Source: Felis catus (taxonomy: Eukaryota). Taken from it: a DNA stretch of 64,000 nucleotides. Below are positions 12,570 to 24,202 of this stretch, one piece after another. The number at the start of each line of letters is the position of its first letter. Position 1 is the stretch's first letter. The notes beneath the pieces were generated by a model. That model was not told the origin of the DNA. It worked only from the letters and a program-made list of their open reading frames with translations, and ran no database searches. The translations under genes and the position numbers were made by a program. Location: contig NC_058373.1 of assembly GCF_018350175.1 (NCBI RefSeq), forward strand, positions 114,020,001 through 114,084,000. Reading direction: 5' to 3'.

Positions 12570-12710
12570 GTCTCTGCTGACGAGCTGGCTAAAATATGGA
12601 AATCATTTTTGGGGACTTATTTTGACCTCTCTGGCCCTTGATTTTCTCACCTGTGAAAGGGTGTTTTCTGAGAAGGACTAGATGTTTTGTGAAATCTTTT
12701 CCAGCTATAA
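12570..12710 (+). mobile_element. MIR3-like remnant
   Basis: ttgacctctctggcccttgattttctcacctgtgaaa...gactagatg...ttccagctataaa. Confidence 0.6.
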
Positions 12711-12732
12711 AAGGAAATTATGCTGCACTTAT

Positions 12733-12975
12733 TAATAGCAAAATTTGCTTATATGTATGTACATATATGCCAGCCACCACTCTAAGCAGTTAACATGTTT
12801 GAGCTCACTTGAGTTCATATGATGTAGGTACTATTACTAGCCCTGATTTATAGATGAGGACACTGAGGCACTGAGAGGTTAAGCAGTGTATTCAAAGGCA
12901 AACAGCCAGTAAGTTACAAAGCCAGAATTGAAACCCAGAGCTTGGCTCCAGAGTCTGCTTTTAGCCACTTACTGT
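12733..12975 (-). mobile_element. MIR, near full length
   Basis: gtaggtactattactagccctgatttatagatgaggacactgaggcactgagaggttaag...gccagaattgaaacccag...ggctccagagtctgc. Confidence 0.85.
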
Positions 12976-14762
12976 GGTCACTTAAGGTGGTCCCTTCATC
13001 GCTCCATCTGCTCTATTTCCTCAGCACTATTTCCAAAGTTTTCAGGTTCTTTAGATGTGATCTCATCAACATTTAGGCCAACTTCTCCTTTGGAAGTTAT
13101 TGTTGCCCCCTTTGTACAAATAGAAATTTTGAGATAAAAGCAGGGACTTACATAAGGCCACACACAAGCTAGTGGCAGAACCCAGGAATCCTGCTTTCCT
13201 GCTGGGGACTCCATCTGTTAAGCGTCTCTCCCACTCATAATTATGATGAGCAGAAAATTCAAATATTAGAGGTTAAGTATTCTGTGACCTGCTTAACCCT
13301 TGCAACCAGAGCAAATCAAGAACAGCTCCATAGACAATTGGGTTAAGTTCCCAACTTAAACGTTGAATAATCTATGCAGGATATAAAGCATTTACAAGCC
13401 TGTGACTCATACAGATGTAGCAATAACATACCACTTCCCATTCCTCTCCTCGCTGTAAGGCACCCACTAAATATCTTACCTTTCTGGATGGCAGGAGTCA
13501 CAGCTAATTCTGCAAATTTCCTCCCACAATCAATTCATGTGGAATTTGTCCAGGGATTTTATCAGCAGGAGATGACGGAGAGCTTGCTCTTTTTGGTCCT
13601 TTCTGACTATCTCTGCCTCGATACTGCCCAGGACCCACTGACCCTTCCTAACTCCTCCAGTCTCCCTGGATGGCATGTGTCTTTACCATTGTGGTTTTGA
13701 AAGCTGATCCAGAACTCCTCTTTACAGAATTCTCTCTCTTGCCTGTCTCAGGAGGGGTTTCTCATGGAGCAGTGACAAGGCGATTGTTTCTGCCTCTCAT
13801 TTAGTCTTGCCTTTCTATCTTACTGGCACTAAGTTGCCTGCATTGATATTCTAGGAACGGGGAAAGCATATACAACTTAGGATGCCCAAAGACTGGTTTG
13901 TGACGTGGGAAAATCAGAATCGAGATGAAACTTGTATGTTCATTCACCTCTATCATGCAGGTCTGGACCTAACAGAGTAGAATGAAAAGCAATACTGAAA
14001 TATCAAACTTATTTATGGCATTTCAGTGATAAAACCATTTGGGCCACAGTATCAGGGAGGGTTGCTTGCCGCTTTTTTCTGAGCGAAGTTAAACCACTGA
14101 CCCATTCCCTTCAAACTCCAGTTCCTTGTTTAACTGAAGACACACGGAAATGTGTTGTCAGGAAGACAAACCCTGAGATGAAGCAGGATGTATGTTGGCT
14201 GATAGAAAGGCTGTTATTTTCATTTCTTTTACATTGCAGAAGTCTTGGATGGATAGTATCCAGGTAACTTGTAGCGCCTGCACCTTATTAAACTCCTGTT
14301 TGATTCAGAATTTACTGCCAAAATGCACCTGGAATATTTCAAGTTGGAACTAGACTTTGGTTCATTTGTTCTCAAAAGTGATGTACAAATTTATTGTGCA
14401 GCCTCTAGCCAGTGACAGAAAACCCTTCAGAATAGAATTTCTGTTAATAACTTTATTTCTTGATTTATAAATTCAATAATGCTGATTTAGTGTCAACTAT
14501 TTAACAGGCATTGTGCCCCTAAAGCAGGATGCACCTACAGGACATGTTTTCTCTATATTTATCTCTGTTAGTTAGGACTCTTTTTCTTGCAGGTGACGGA
14601 AACCGTACTCAAAGTAGTGTCAGCAAAAGTGGAAATTATCATAAGGATACTGGTGTATCTACAGGAACTAAGGAGTGGGATGAAGCTGACTTCAGGGATA
14701 GATGAGACTAGTATTAAATACATCAAGTTAGTCTCTTTGTTCCCCCCCTCCCCGCCAAGCTT

Positions 14763-14766
<4 letters not shown>

Positions 14767-14804
<38 letters not shown>
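14767..14804. repeat. (AC)19 microsatellite
   Basis: Directly visible. Confidence 0.98.
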
Positions 14805-14807
<3 letters not shown>

Positions 14808-14852
14808 GTTCATCTTTTCTGAAAGAATTTCCGCCAAATGGATGTCCTAGAT

Positions 14853-15140
14853 CTGCACTGTTGATACAGTAGCCACTAGATACATGTGGCTGTTAAACAC
14901 TTGAAATGTGCTGTAGGTGTAAAACACACAGGGGATATAAAGACAGTATCAGTAAAAATAATGTGAAGCATCCTAATTTTCATATTGATTACGTGTTGAG
15001 TGATAATGTGTCGGATATGTTGTGCTAAATGCAATATGTAATTAATATTTATTTCACCTTTTTAATTTTTTTTCATGTGGCTACTAAAAAATTTTAAATT
15101 GCATTTGTGGGCTGTATTATATTTCTGTTGGACAGTGCTG
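14853..15140 (+). mobile_element. MER33 (hAT-Charlie)
   Basis: ctgcactgttgatacagtagccactagatacatgtggct...cacttgaaatgtg...catattgattacgtgttg...atgtggctactaaaaa...atttctgttggacagtgctg; flanks tcctagat / ttctgaat resemble a decayed 8-bp hAT TSD. Confidence 0.85.
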
Positions 15141-15877
15141 TTCTGAATGGTTTTACCAAATATCTAGAGCAACACAAGCCTCTCCGTGCCTTAGTTAGCC
15201 TGACGTTACTTGCTTGAGGATTACTGAAAGGGCGATCAGAGATCTATGGGTATCCCCCACTTTCCCAAAGTTTGTTTTATGCCACCTTGCTTTTGTGAAA
15301 GACCTACCTACATCAATACCTGTTCTCACTACCCGAGAGAAATCCAAAGGATTTTCATTTTTATGAAAAAAGGCAAAAAGTGAAAATAAGGTTGAATGAG
15401 TGTTGCTTCTGCAGCGAGCCCTCAGAGGCAGCACACCCCAAGCAGTGAGCGTGGCGCCCCCCAGCTCCTTCCCCGGGAACTGCACGCGGCATCTCAGCAT
15501 CAAGTCACCAGAGCTTTGAACTGTGTCTGTGAGCATCTGTGCCTTATCGTGATTTCTTTTTGGTATCCATTAGCAAGATGTGTCCTCGGGAATCAGAAAA
15601 GCCCAAGAGAGGTTATTCTGGGGGGTCTGGGAATGCTCAGAACTCTTTCCACTTAAATTAATGGTATTTGCTTCTTCACTTCAGGTCATTTCAGTTTATA
15701 AACCATTTCATAGGAACAGTCTACTTTCAGATGGCAGGAGAAACCTGTACCACCAATCAAGTATGTGTCATCTTACTCTGTCCTTTTTCCTTCCCTTTAC
15801 CATTCATGGTGACTCCCGCTTGAGCTGTAACAGCATCTTCTTTTTGAAAATGGATTTATATACTATTCTATGCCAAG

Positions 15878-16195
<318 letters not shown>

Positions 16196-16736
16196 TATGC
16201 CAGGTCTTGATTAGGCACCGGAGATAAACATTCTCAGCCTTCCCAGAGCATTTCTTCTAGAGGACTGAGCCATTTTTAGTTTTTTTTAGTGAATGTAAGC
16301 TCAGTTCAGGAATTGCACCACCCAGTGTGTCTGCATCTGATCCCGGCTGATCAACCCTCAGAGTGAAAGCCTAAGCAAGATGGGAACGTGGATTTTCAGA
16401 GTCCCCATTAATTCAGTGTTGTCAAGGGAGCGGTGAAGGGTGCTGACCGTAATGAGTCAGAACCTTTCAATGACGTAACTTTGTGTTTCTTGTCCTGCTT
16501 TTGTGGAGCCAGGTTCCAGAACCCCTTTCTCAGGGATGGAGCTATAGAGATCTTGTCGTTTCCTCCTTGTGATCACCACCACACAAAAGGGGAAACAATT
16601 GTACAAATGAAAAGTACAATTTGAGATATTTCTCCCCACCCAAAAAATAGTTGTTTCTTTTGACTTCCTGACAATATGTGTAAGGAAGCCTCTGGCAAAA
16701 ACATATACCTGAATATAACTTAAAAAGTAGAAACTT

Positions 16737-16859
16737 GGAGCACCTGGCTGGTTCAGTTGGTGGAGTGTGTGACTCTTGATCTCAGTGTTGTAAGTTCGAG
16801 TCCCATGTTGAGTGTGCAGATTACTTACAAATAAAATCTTTAAAAAATAAAATAAAACA
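16737..16859 (+). mobile_element. Short old CAN-SINE (SINEC_old-like, no CT tract)
   Basis: ggagcacctggctggttcagttggtggag...gactcttgatctc...gttcgagtcccatgttgagtgtgcagattactta...aaataaaatcttt. Confidence 0.88.
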
Positions 16860-16975
16860 GAGGCACCTGGCTGGCTCAGTCAGTAGAGTATGCGACTCTT
16901 GATCTCGGGGTTGTAAGTTTGAGCCCCACGTTGGGTGTGCAGATTTCTTAAGAATAAAATCTTTAAAGAATAACA
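16860..16975 (+). mobile_element. Short old CAN-SINE, second tandem copy
   Basis: Same structure as the preceding copy; the pair is bounded by aaagtagaaactt / aaagtggaaattt. Confidence 0.88.
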
Positions 16976-17016
16976 ATTTTTTTTAAAGTGGAAATTTATT
17001 TAAAAAAAAAAAACAA

Positions 17017-17238
17017 GGGGCACCTGGGTGGCTCAGTCGGTTAAGCGTCCGACTTCAGCTCAGGTCACGATCTCACGGTCTGCGAGTTCGAGCCCCGCGT
17101 CGGGCTCTGGGCTGATGGCTCAGAGCCTGGAGCCTGCTTCCGATTCTGTGTCTCCCTCTCTCTCTGCCCCTCCCCCATTCATGCTGTCTCTCTCTGTCTC
17201 AAAAATAAATAAGCGTTAAAAAAAAATTTAAAAAAAAA
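17017..17238 (+). mobile_element. Young CAN-SINE (SINEC_Fc)
   Basis: Near-consensus with most CpGs retained (ggtcacgatctcacggtctgcgagttcgagccccgcgtcggg). Confidence 0.98.
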
Positions 17239-17401
17239 CCCAGGAACATACATTAGCATCTACATTAGTCATTTGATATCTCTAGATTTGGTCCATCCTG
17301 AGTGGGTTTCCAGGAGACTTCTGAATAAAGGTAATAAGCAAGTGGACCACCAAGTTGCCAGGTTGACCACTGAGATACTCAAGATAGAGTTGGGCTTCTC
17401 G

Positions 17402-17596
17402 TTTTTTTTTTATGCTTATTTATTTTTTTAACATTTATTTATTATTGACTATATAGAGACAGAGCGTGAGCAGGGAAGGGGCAGAGAGGGAGGAAGATGC
17501 AGAATCCGAAGCAGGCAGGGTTCAAACTCATGAACCGTGAGATCATGACCTGAGCTGAAGTCAGATGCTCAACCGACTGAGCCACCCAGTGGCCCC
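17402..17596 (-). mobile_element. CAN-SINE with internal deletion
   Basis: Inverted SINEC lacking the tccaggctctgagctgtcagcacagagccc segment. Confidence 0.93.
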
Positions 17597-17599
17597 ATT

Positions 17600-17801
17600 G
17601 TTTATTTATCTTTGAGTGACGAACAGAGACAGAGTGTGAGCAGGAAAGGGGCAGAGAGAGAGGGAGACACAGAATCCAAAGCAGGCTCTAGGCTCAGAGC
17701 TGTCAGCACAGAGCCCAATGTGGGGCTTGAACCCATGAACCATGAGATCATGACCTGAGCCCAAGTTGGACACTTAACTGACTGAGCCACCCTGGCGCCC
17801 C
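17600..17801 (-). mobile_element. CAN-SINE (SINEC_Fc type)
   Basis: Inverted SINEC; outer TSD tgggcttctcgttt (17391) / tgggcttctggttt (17802). Confidence 0.96.
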
Positions 17802-18629
17802 TGGGCTTCTGGTTTCTTAATGAATCTTTTGAATTTCTCTCTACTGTAAAAAAAACCCAGGTATTCCGATAATATGTAACACATTAGGAACATGGATAAT
17901 TTTCTGAATGCCTTGTTGGAGTCTCTGTTCAAGTCCTAGCTTATTCTTTAACTTGAGATAAGTTTGTAATATGTTCCTTATTTCTCAAATGGAGAGTCTC
18001 ATCACCACATCTGTTTGAGATCATAAGAAATAATACTTATATAACATTTTGGAGTCCTTAAATGAAAAGTTCCTTTGAGTTGCTGACTGTTCGTAAAATT
18101 TCCTCAACTGACATTGTGGAAATCCATTGTCATGGATATAGTTGTTGAACAGGGTCACAACTAGACTGCAAAGCTTGAGTAGTGGAAACATCGATGCCTT
18201 GAGGTTCCAGTCATTTATTTTAAAAGCTACCCATTTATTTCCTAGATGTTAACACTAAGAGCTTAGCCTGTTGTAGTTTTGGTTTCCACACTAAATCTTC
18301 CCACTTGGGTTTTATCCTTCTTATTTTGGATTGTATCTATTGGCATATGCCAGTGGGTTTTCCTGAGTGAGGTCTGCTGGAACACTAGTATTCTGACATT
18401 AACTTTCCCTTGCAGGAGTGAAGACAAATAAATATCCCTGTTGGCCAGTAAAAAATTCTTGACCTGACACTCTTCAGACATTGTCAGGGACCCCCTGGGA
18501 CCACCACTGGGTGAAGCTTAAAAGAGAAAATGTACTATGGCTGTACTAGTACATACATTGGCTGTACATACATTGGCTGGAGCCAATGTATGCAGAGATA
18601 CAATAGCAGTAGGGTGTCTTGGAGATGGG

Positions 18630-18702
18630 AGAGGCATTAGAGACCTCTGCTCCTACTCGCTAATTTTTCAGATGGGGAAACTGAGGCTTAAGGAGGTCAC
18701 AG
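18630..18702 (-). mobile_element. MIR remnant
   Basis: atttttcagatggggaaactgaggcttaaggag. Confidence 0.65.
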
Positions 18703-19499
18703 AATGGAGTTGGAAGCTTACTTTGATATTCCATCACGTAGTCAGATGTCTGTACTTACTCTTTATGATGTATAAGGAAAACAGTGTCTAAGGAGCAATT
18801 AGGGAGATCTAGATTCCATTAAATTAGTGCAATCTCTGGTAACATGTAAAGCCTTACTCTTCTCTGGGTCACCCCACAGAAGACTATTGATTCATCTTTC
18901 CTCTCTCCTCATCTTGAGATTGTGAGAGAAATTTGGCACTTTACCTGATTGGCATTAGAAACCTCTTTCCTTCCTTTCTCCTTCCTTTCCCACTTCCTTC
19001 CCTTTCTATGGTATTCTTTTTAAAACTTGTTTCTGACAACCTCTTAATCTTCACTTTTCAAGTTCAATTACATTTCTGTGGTCATAGGTATATCAGTTGC
19101 TGAGTCTTCAGTATGCGCAAATGCAGAGCTTGCCCTTCTGAAATTCTTCCGAGGTCAACTCCCCTTATAATCTGAGTCCAGGCAATGAGAATATTTCCAA
19201 CTCTTTGGGGACTATCTTGGCCTTGAGCAGAAGTGGGGTCTGAATCATTACCTAAGAGAGCTTTGTAGATTGTCACAGTTGGCAGCCTCAGGACTTGAGC
19301 TAATCCTGGAAATTCCTTAACTTCCCAGAAAGAAGGTTCCACAAGGTCAAGCTGAGGTCCTCAGAGACAGCAGATGGAATAGAGCTTGCAGCTAGTCACT
19401 TCTACAGCAGGACGTGGGGATCAATAGAACTATACCCATTTTGGGGAATCATCAAGCTTTTGCTTCTCAGGAGATACCTGTTTCTTACTTCTTTTTCCC

Positions 19500-19775
19500 T
19501 GTATATGGGGGGAGGGTGGGGCGGGGAGAACACATTGCAATCACTGAAAAAAAAGCAAGAAAATGTGTTGACTCAGTTCCCATGGTGAATGCAAGGGAGG
19601 CCCGGCCAATAGAAACAACTGAGATATTACAAAAATGTGTTTCTTTCTGGCGGCGGCTCAGTCAGTCCTTTCTACCCAGTCACTATAATCGGCTCGTCAC
19701 CCAAACTCTTTCCAGGGTCATTATTCTGGTCGCGGGGGCTGCTTCTCCTGCAAACAAATGTTGGTTTTACTAAAT
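19500..19775. promoter_or_regulatory. Candidate promoter/enhancer
   Basis: GC box ggggcgggg (19518-19526), TGACTCA (19569-19575), ggCCAATag (CCAAT 19606-19610), forkhead-like gcaaacaaa (~19750) and local CpG retention in unique DNA; motif inference only. Confidence 0.45.
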
Positions 19776-20483
19776 GTCATCTCTGTCCAACTTTCTTTGG
19801 GGCAAATGAAGAGTATCAAAGCATCACTTAGGAAAAAAAGTATAAAAGATCAGAGAGATAAAATACTGCAGGTCTTCTAAAGGCTCAGGCATATCTGCCT
19901 CAAACAACACAGATTATAAACCATGAAGCCACCTGTGAAATCCAGTTTTAATTAACTTGAAGGCACATTGGTGTTTTTCATTAAAATGAAATTGTGTTTA
20001 AATGGAAAACTACCAAGACGGTACATTGGGGCATTGTTCACATGGGTTTGAGGGTTGTCAAGTGAATCTTGTATTTAGAAAAAGCAAAGCAAACCTCCCT
20101 CATTTTGGGGCCTTCTTAGCTTTGGAGGACTTGTCATAGGTCCCCTGGAATGTAGGGAGTGCCCCTAGGTAGGACCCAGGCACAGTTCAAAATGTTTGGG
20201 ATTCTTTTTACACCCCTTCCAGTCTTGGTACTGCACCCTGCCTGTCTCCATCTCTCTTTAGCCCTTGGCCTTGATCCCCCAGGACTACCTTTTCCATTTC
20301 CCACCTTGCACCAACTGATTCGATCCCCACTCTCATTTGTGTGAACAATGGACTACGGAGAGCACTACGTGAAGAGACAAGGGCCCTATTTCAGGCTTAC
20401 AAGACGAATGAAGCCCCGACATCACAAGGGGCTGGTGAAAACTAGAACCCCTCTTTTGAAACCCTCACTTTACTAGTTATCTA

Positions 20484-20582
20484 AGAACTGAAAAGGACCT
20501 TCAAGTTCCTCTAATCAAAACCCCTCATTCTCCTAAGGAGGACATTGAGATCAGAGGTGAAGTGACTTGCCCAAACTAGTTA
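20484..20582 (-). mobile_element. MIR3-like remnant
   Basis: agaactgaaaaggacctt...cccctcatt...attgagatcagaggtgaagtgacttgcccaa. Confidence 0.65.
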
Positions 20583-20743
20583 AGACTGTTCAAGAGGGGC
20601 TTCTCCATCTCAACTTCTGCCCTTTCTCCTCCAGCCAGTGCCCCAGTTCTGCAAACCTGTTGATTCCAACACAGCCCACAGCTAGAAAGTCTTGCCCTGT
20701 CAGCAGAATATCTTTACCAGCTGACATAGGACATGTGCACATT

Positions 20744-20935
20744 CGGAGTCAGGAGGACGGCTTGAGTTTTCGTTCCAGTTCTGCCTCTGCTTTGTTGGCT
20801 TAAACCAGTCACTTCTTCCTTTGTCTATTTCCCCTATTGGTAAAGAGAAGATAATGAACCTTTCCACCTATCAGGCTCACTTGAGTGTTATAAAGAATAA
20901 TGAGGTGATATTTGTAAAGTGCTTTGAGCCTCTGG
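20744..20935 (+). mobile_element. MIR remnant
   Basis: ggagtcaggag...ttccagttctgcc...agtcactt...gataatga...aatgaggtgatatttgtaaagtgctttg. Confidence 0.65.
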
Positions 20936-21399
20936 GAAAGAGGAGGGTGAGTTTAGTAGAAAGCATTATTAGCTGCAAGCACTTATCAATTGAGCTGTTT
21001 AACAATAGTGGAGAGTAAGAATACTCAGAAATGAATTCCAGGGACTAGCCTTGCTTTGAATTTAGGAGGAGGATTAGTGGGGACCTAATAGGTATTCCAC
21101 TTCTCCAATTTCTTTAGCGTACCGTCAGACTAGGAAAGGTAATTACATTCTTCTATGTCGGATTCAGCCTGGAGTTTCAATTGGGATGTCAAAGTGTACT
21201 TGTCTTCTATTCTCATACTGAGGCTGTGTTATGTTGTGATTGTTAAAGCCCTGGGCATCTTCTATCCCCCGGGGTAATTTCATTTAGAAGCTATACAAAG
21301 TAATTTCTATGCAGTGGCTGGACTGCTGTTTATAAGGTTGATTAGTGGAGCTTCTAAATCTAAAAGTGCCTGGGGAGCAATTTGGATGAAGCAGAGAAA

Positions 21400-23450
21400 T
21401 AAAAGGCAAGGTCTTCATCATGGGGTTGATCTTTTTTTTACTACTCTGCTCCGTGGGAATTTTCTCAGGAACTCAGTTGAACGTACAGTGCAAAACGCAG
21501 GGCTTGATGGCCATTGTGGCGTCCTCTTGCTCGTGAAAATAGAGATCTAGCCCAAGTAAAAGTGAACTGGGCAGGTCACTGTATCTAATTAGAGCCACCT
21601 TTTAATTTCCCCTCCGCCACCAAAGGTTTGATGAAAGATGTTTATGGGGACCTGAGACATGTTGGGAAAATTTCCAAATGATCATTCTGATGAAGGATCT
21701 GTTTCTCCACACTCATACTTCACTGTTTGAAGACCCTCAGCCCCGAGTTCAGGTCTCTTTCATTTTCAGGGTCGGGGAAACAGATAGAAGAAAATCAAAA
21801 CCAGAGAAGCGTTTTGAGGTCGGGCAGCTCTCTGTGGGCCGACTGGACAATGGGCCAGGAAGAATGTGTCTCCCTCCTTAGTGGGCAGGAGGAGGGGCTA
21901 AATTTTATCATATTCTGTAGGGTGTGGGGAGAGGTCAAGAGGTCGTTTGGAACAATAATTTTCCTGATCAAAGTTATATTAAGGAACTTAGAACTTATAC
22001 CAATTGCATCTTTGTCCCCTGAAGTTTATGGGCCTCTTTGTGATGGTTGCTTCGCAAACCCTTCTCCCTCCCCCGCCGCCAGGCTTCACCCATTCTCCAG
22101 GCCTCCGTCTGCAGGGGCTGCCTGTCAGGCTTTCCCTTCCCAGGAGGCTAGAAGTGCCTGCACTAGTGTCACTCTGCGGTGACTTGTGAGTTTCCAGTAA
22201 CATCCTCCAGTGGTGCAACTACAAGCGACGGGTACATAAGCAGATGCCGGTCCCACACACACACACGTGTATACACGTGAGCACACCCTGGACACTGGAG
22301 CCCTCTCTGCCCCTCCTGTCATCCTGCTGTGTCCTGCACAGCCCCATTGTGAACCCTGTACCTCTTTGGGGGCTGACTCAGACCTCTAAACCAACTCCTG
22401 GATTCCTTCCTTCCCGGGTCAGCCACCGACTCACTTTTGTGTTTCCTCTCCAAATCCCTTCTCTGCCCTGAGACTCCATGAAATAATACGGGATTTACTT
22501 GGCAGGATTCTCTGACCTCCTTCAAAGACCCAAGTTTCTTGTTTATTGTAGTTTGAATGTCTCAATCCTCCAAAAGCATTTGGAATATTTTCTTCATTTC
22601 CCTCTCTCAAGGTATCTATTTTGTCCCAGACATGCCTCCCCCAGTGTGTTTTTGGGGAAGGACGCCGAGTCTTTGGGCCCCAGCTGCTGCCCTTTCCTTC
22701 ACCTCTGCCAGGGCACAGACCGGCGCTGGGCTGACCTTCCCGGGCAGGCCAGAAGAGAAGGCTGTGGAAGCCCGCACGCCCCCCACTGTCCCTCCCTCTG
22801 TGGCCACAGCTGCTTGCCCTCCCCACTCCCCTCCCCTGCTCTTTTTCTCAGTGAGCCTCAGCGCCAGTGCCCCAGTGAGCCGCTGGGAACAGAGGTCTGT
22901 CCCCTGCACTGGCCTCGGCTCCCCACACTAGAACATTCAGGCGTCAATGGGAAACAGCAAGATCTGTCAGCATCGCCCCTTTCTTCTGGGCTTTGAGGGC
23001 CACATTCTCCACGGCCATCTGTTCCCTTTCACCTCTCTGGACAATGTTGCTTTTTAAAGCCAGCGATTCTTCCTCCTTTATCCCCTCCTCTCCCGCCTCC
23101 TCTTCTTCTGTGCTCCCTCCCTTTCCCCCTCATCTCTCTCTTTCCCAACCCTATGAAATTAGCCTCTCTTAAGAGAAAACTCGCCCTTCTTCCACACAAA
23201 GCTGTTTTGCAACCGCTGTGGGGTTTTTGAGTTTTTATTTTTAAATTTTTCTGAAGGGAGGGTTTGCTACTTTTAAAGTTTGTGATTGTCTTGGGGGTAT
23301 TCTTTTGGTAAGGATGGGAGGGGGAGGATAGAAAAACTTTTCAGTCGTGCAAAAAGAAAATGCAGAATAATAATGCATTTTAGGTTCCTGCTGGCCAGCA
23401 CTTGCGTCTTAAAAGAAGGAACCCTCCCTTTCCTTCCCTAGATGATCGGT
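21400..23450. promoter_or_regulatory. Repeat-poor, GC/CpG-enriched candidate regulatory block
   Basis: No recognisable interspersed repeat for about 2.5 kb, visibly higher CpG density than the flanks, E-box, AP-1 and SOX-like motifs and C-rich tracts. Confidence 0.45.
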
Positions 23451-24007
23451 TTAAGGAAATTGTTGCACCCGAAAGGTCTTTCTGCCATGCAGTTTATTAT
23501 TATTTTGCTGTTGCTACTATACTGTTGCTGTTGTGCTGTTTTTCATTTAGAGCTGGGGCTGCTAGAAAGTGGGTACGTGATCCCCTTGGTCTTGCACTGA
23601 GCTGTATGAGGTTGGAGAAGAGTGATCAGGCGGGGAGGCCATGGTGTCCTCTAAGTGAGGCAATAGATCCTGAGGTTCAAGGAGTGTCCGAGGAGGGGCG
23701 TTTGTACCAGTACTGACCCGTGACTAAGTATGTGACCTTAGGCATGTCACTTTCCCGAAGAACAAGGATGATAAAATCTCCTACTAAAAAAATGCTTACT
23801 GTGTGACTTCTCTGTGTGTACTCTCACTCTGTTTCATAAACACAATGAGTCTATGGTAATGTCATGGAAACATTATGGGCCATCCTTGGCTAAGGATGCC
23901 ATAATAATCTACCACTGGGGTCATACTCAGCTGCTGATGTGAGAAGTCAGGGAGAGCAAGGACTCCCAGCCCTAGCTGCTCGTCAGAGTCATGGGCAAGC
24001 CTGGAAC

Positions 24008-24202
24008 ACAGGCTCAAGAGCCTGACTATCAGTGTTTGAATCCTCTGCCCACCACTTACTAGCTACACAAATGTGGGTAAATTTTTGTCATCTGTAAAAT
24101 AAGGGCAATAATAGGATCCAGCTTATGTTATTGAGATGACTCAAAGATTTTATCATGTAAAGCACTGGAAACTGTTTCTGAAAATGTTAACTGTGATTAT
24201 TG
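24008..24202 (+). mobile_element. MIR remnant
   Basis: gtttgaatcctctgcccaccacttactagct...tcatctgtaaaataagggcaataatag...catgtaaagcact. Confidence 0.8.

Noticed and set aside
16737..16975. Possible tRNA genes
   Set aside because: tRNA-derived SINE heads with A-rich tails and no intact acceptor stem
21727..22996. Cluster of overlapping 100-165 aa ORFs
   Set aside because: Present on both strands and in several frames because GC-rich DNA has few stops; no protein similarity recognised
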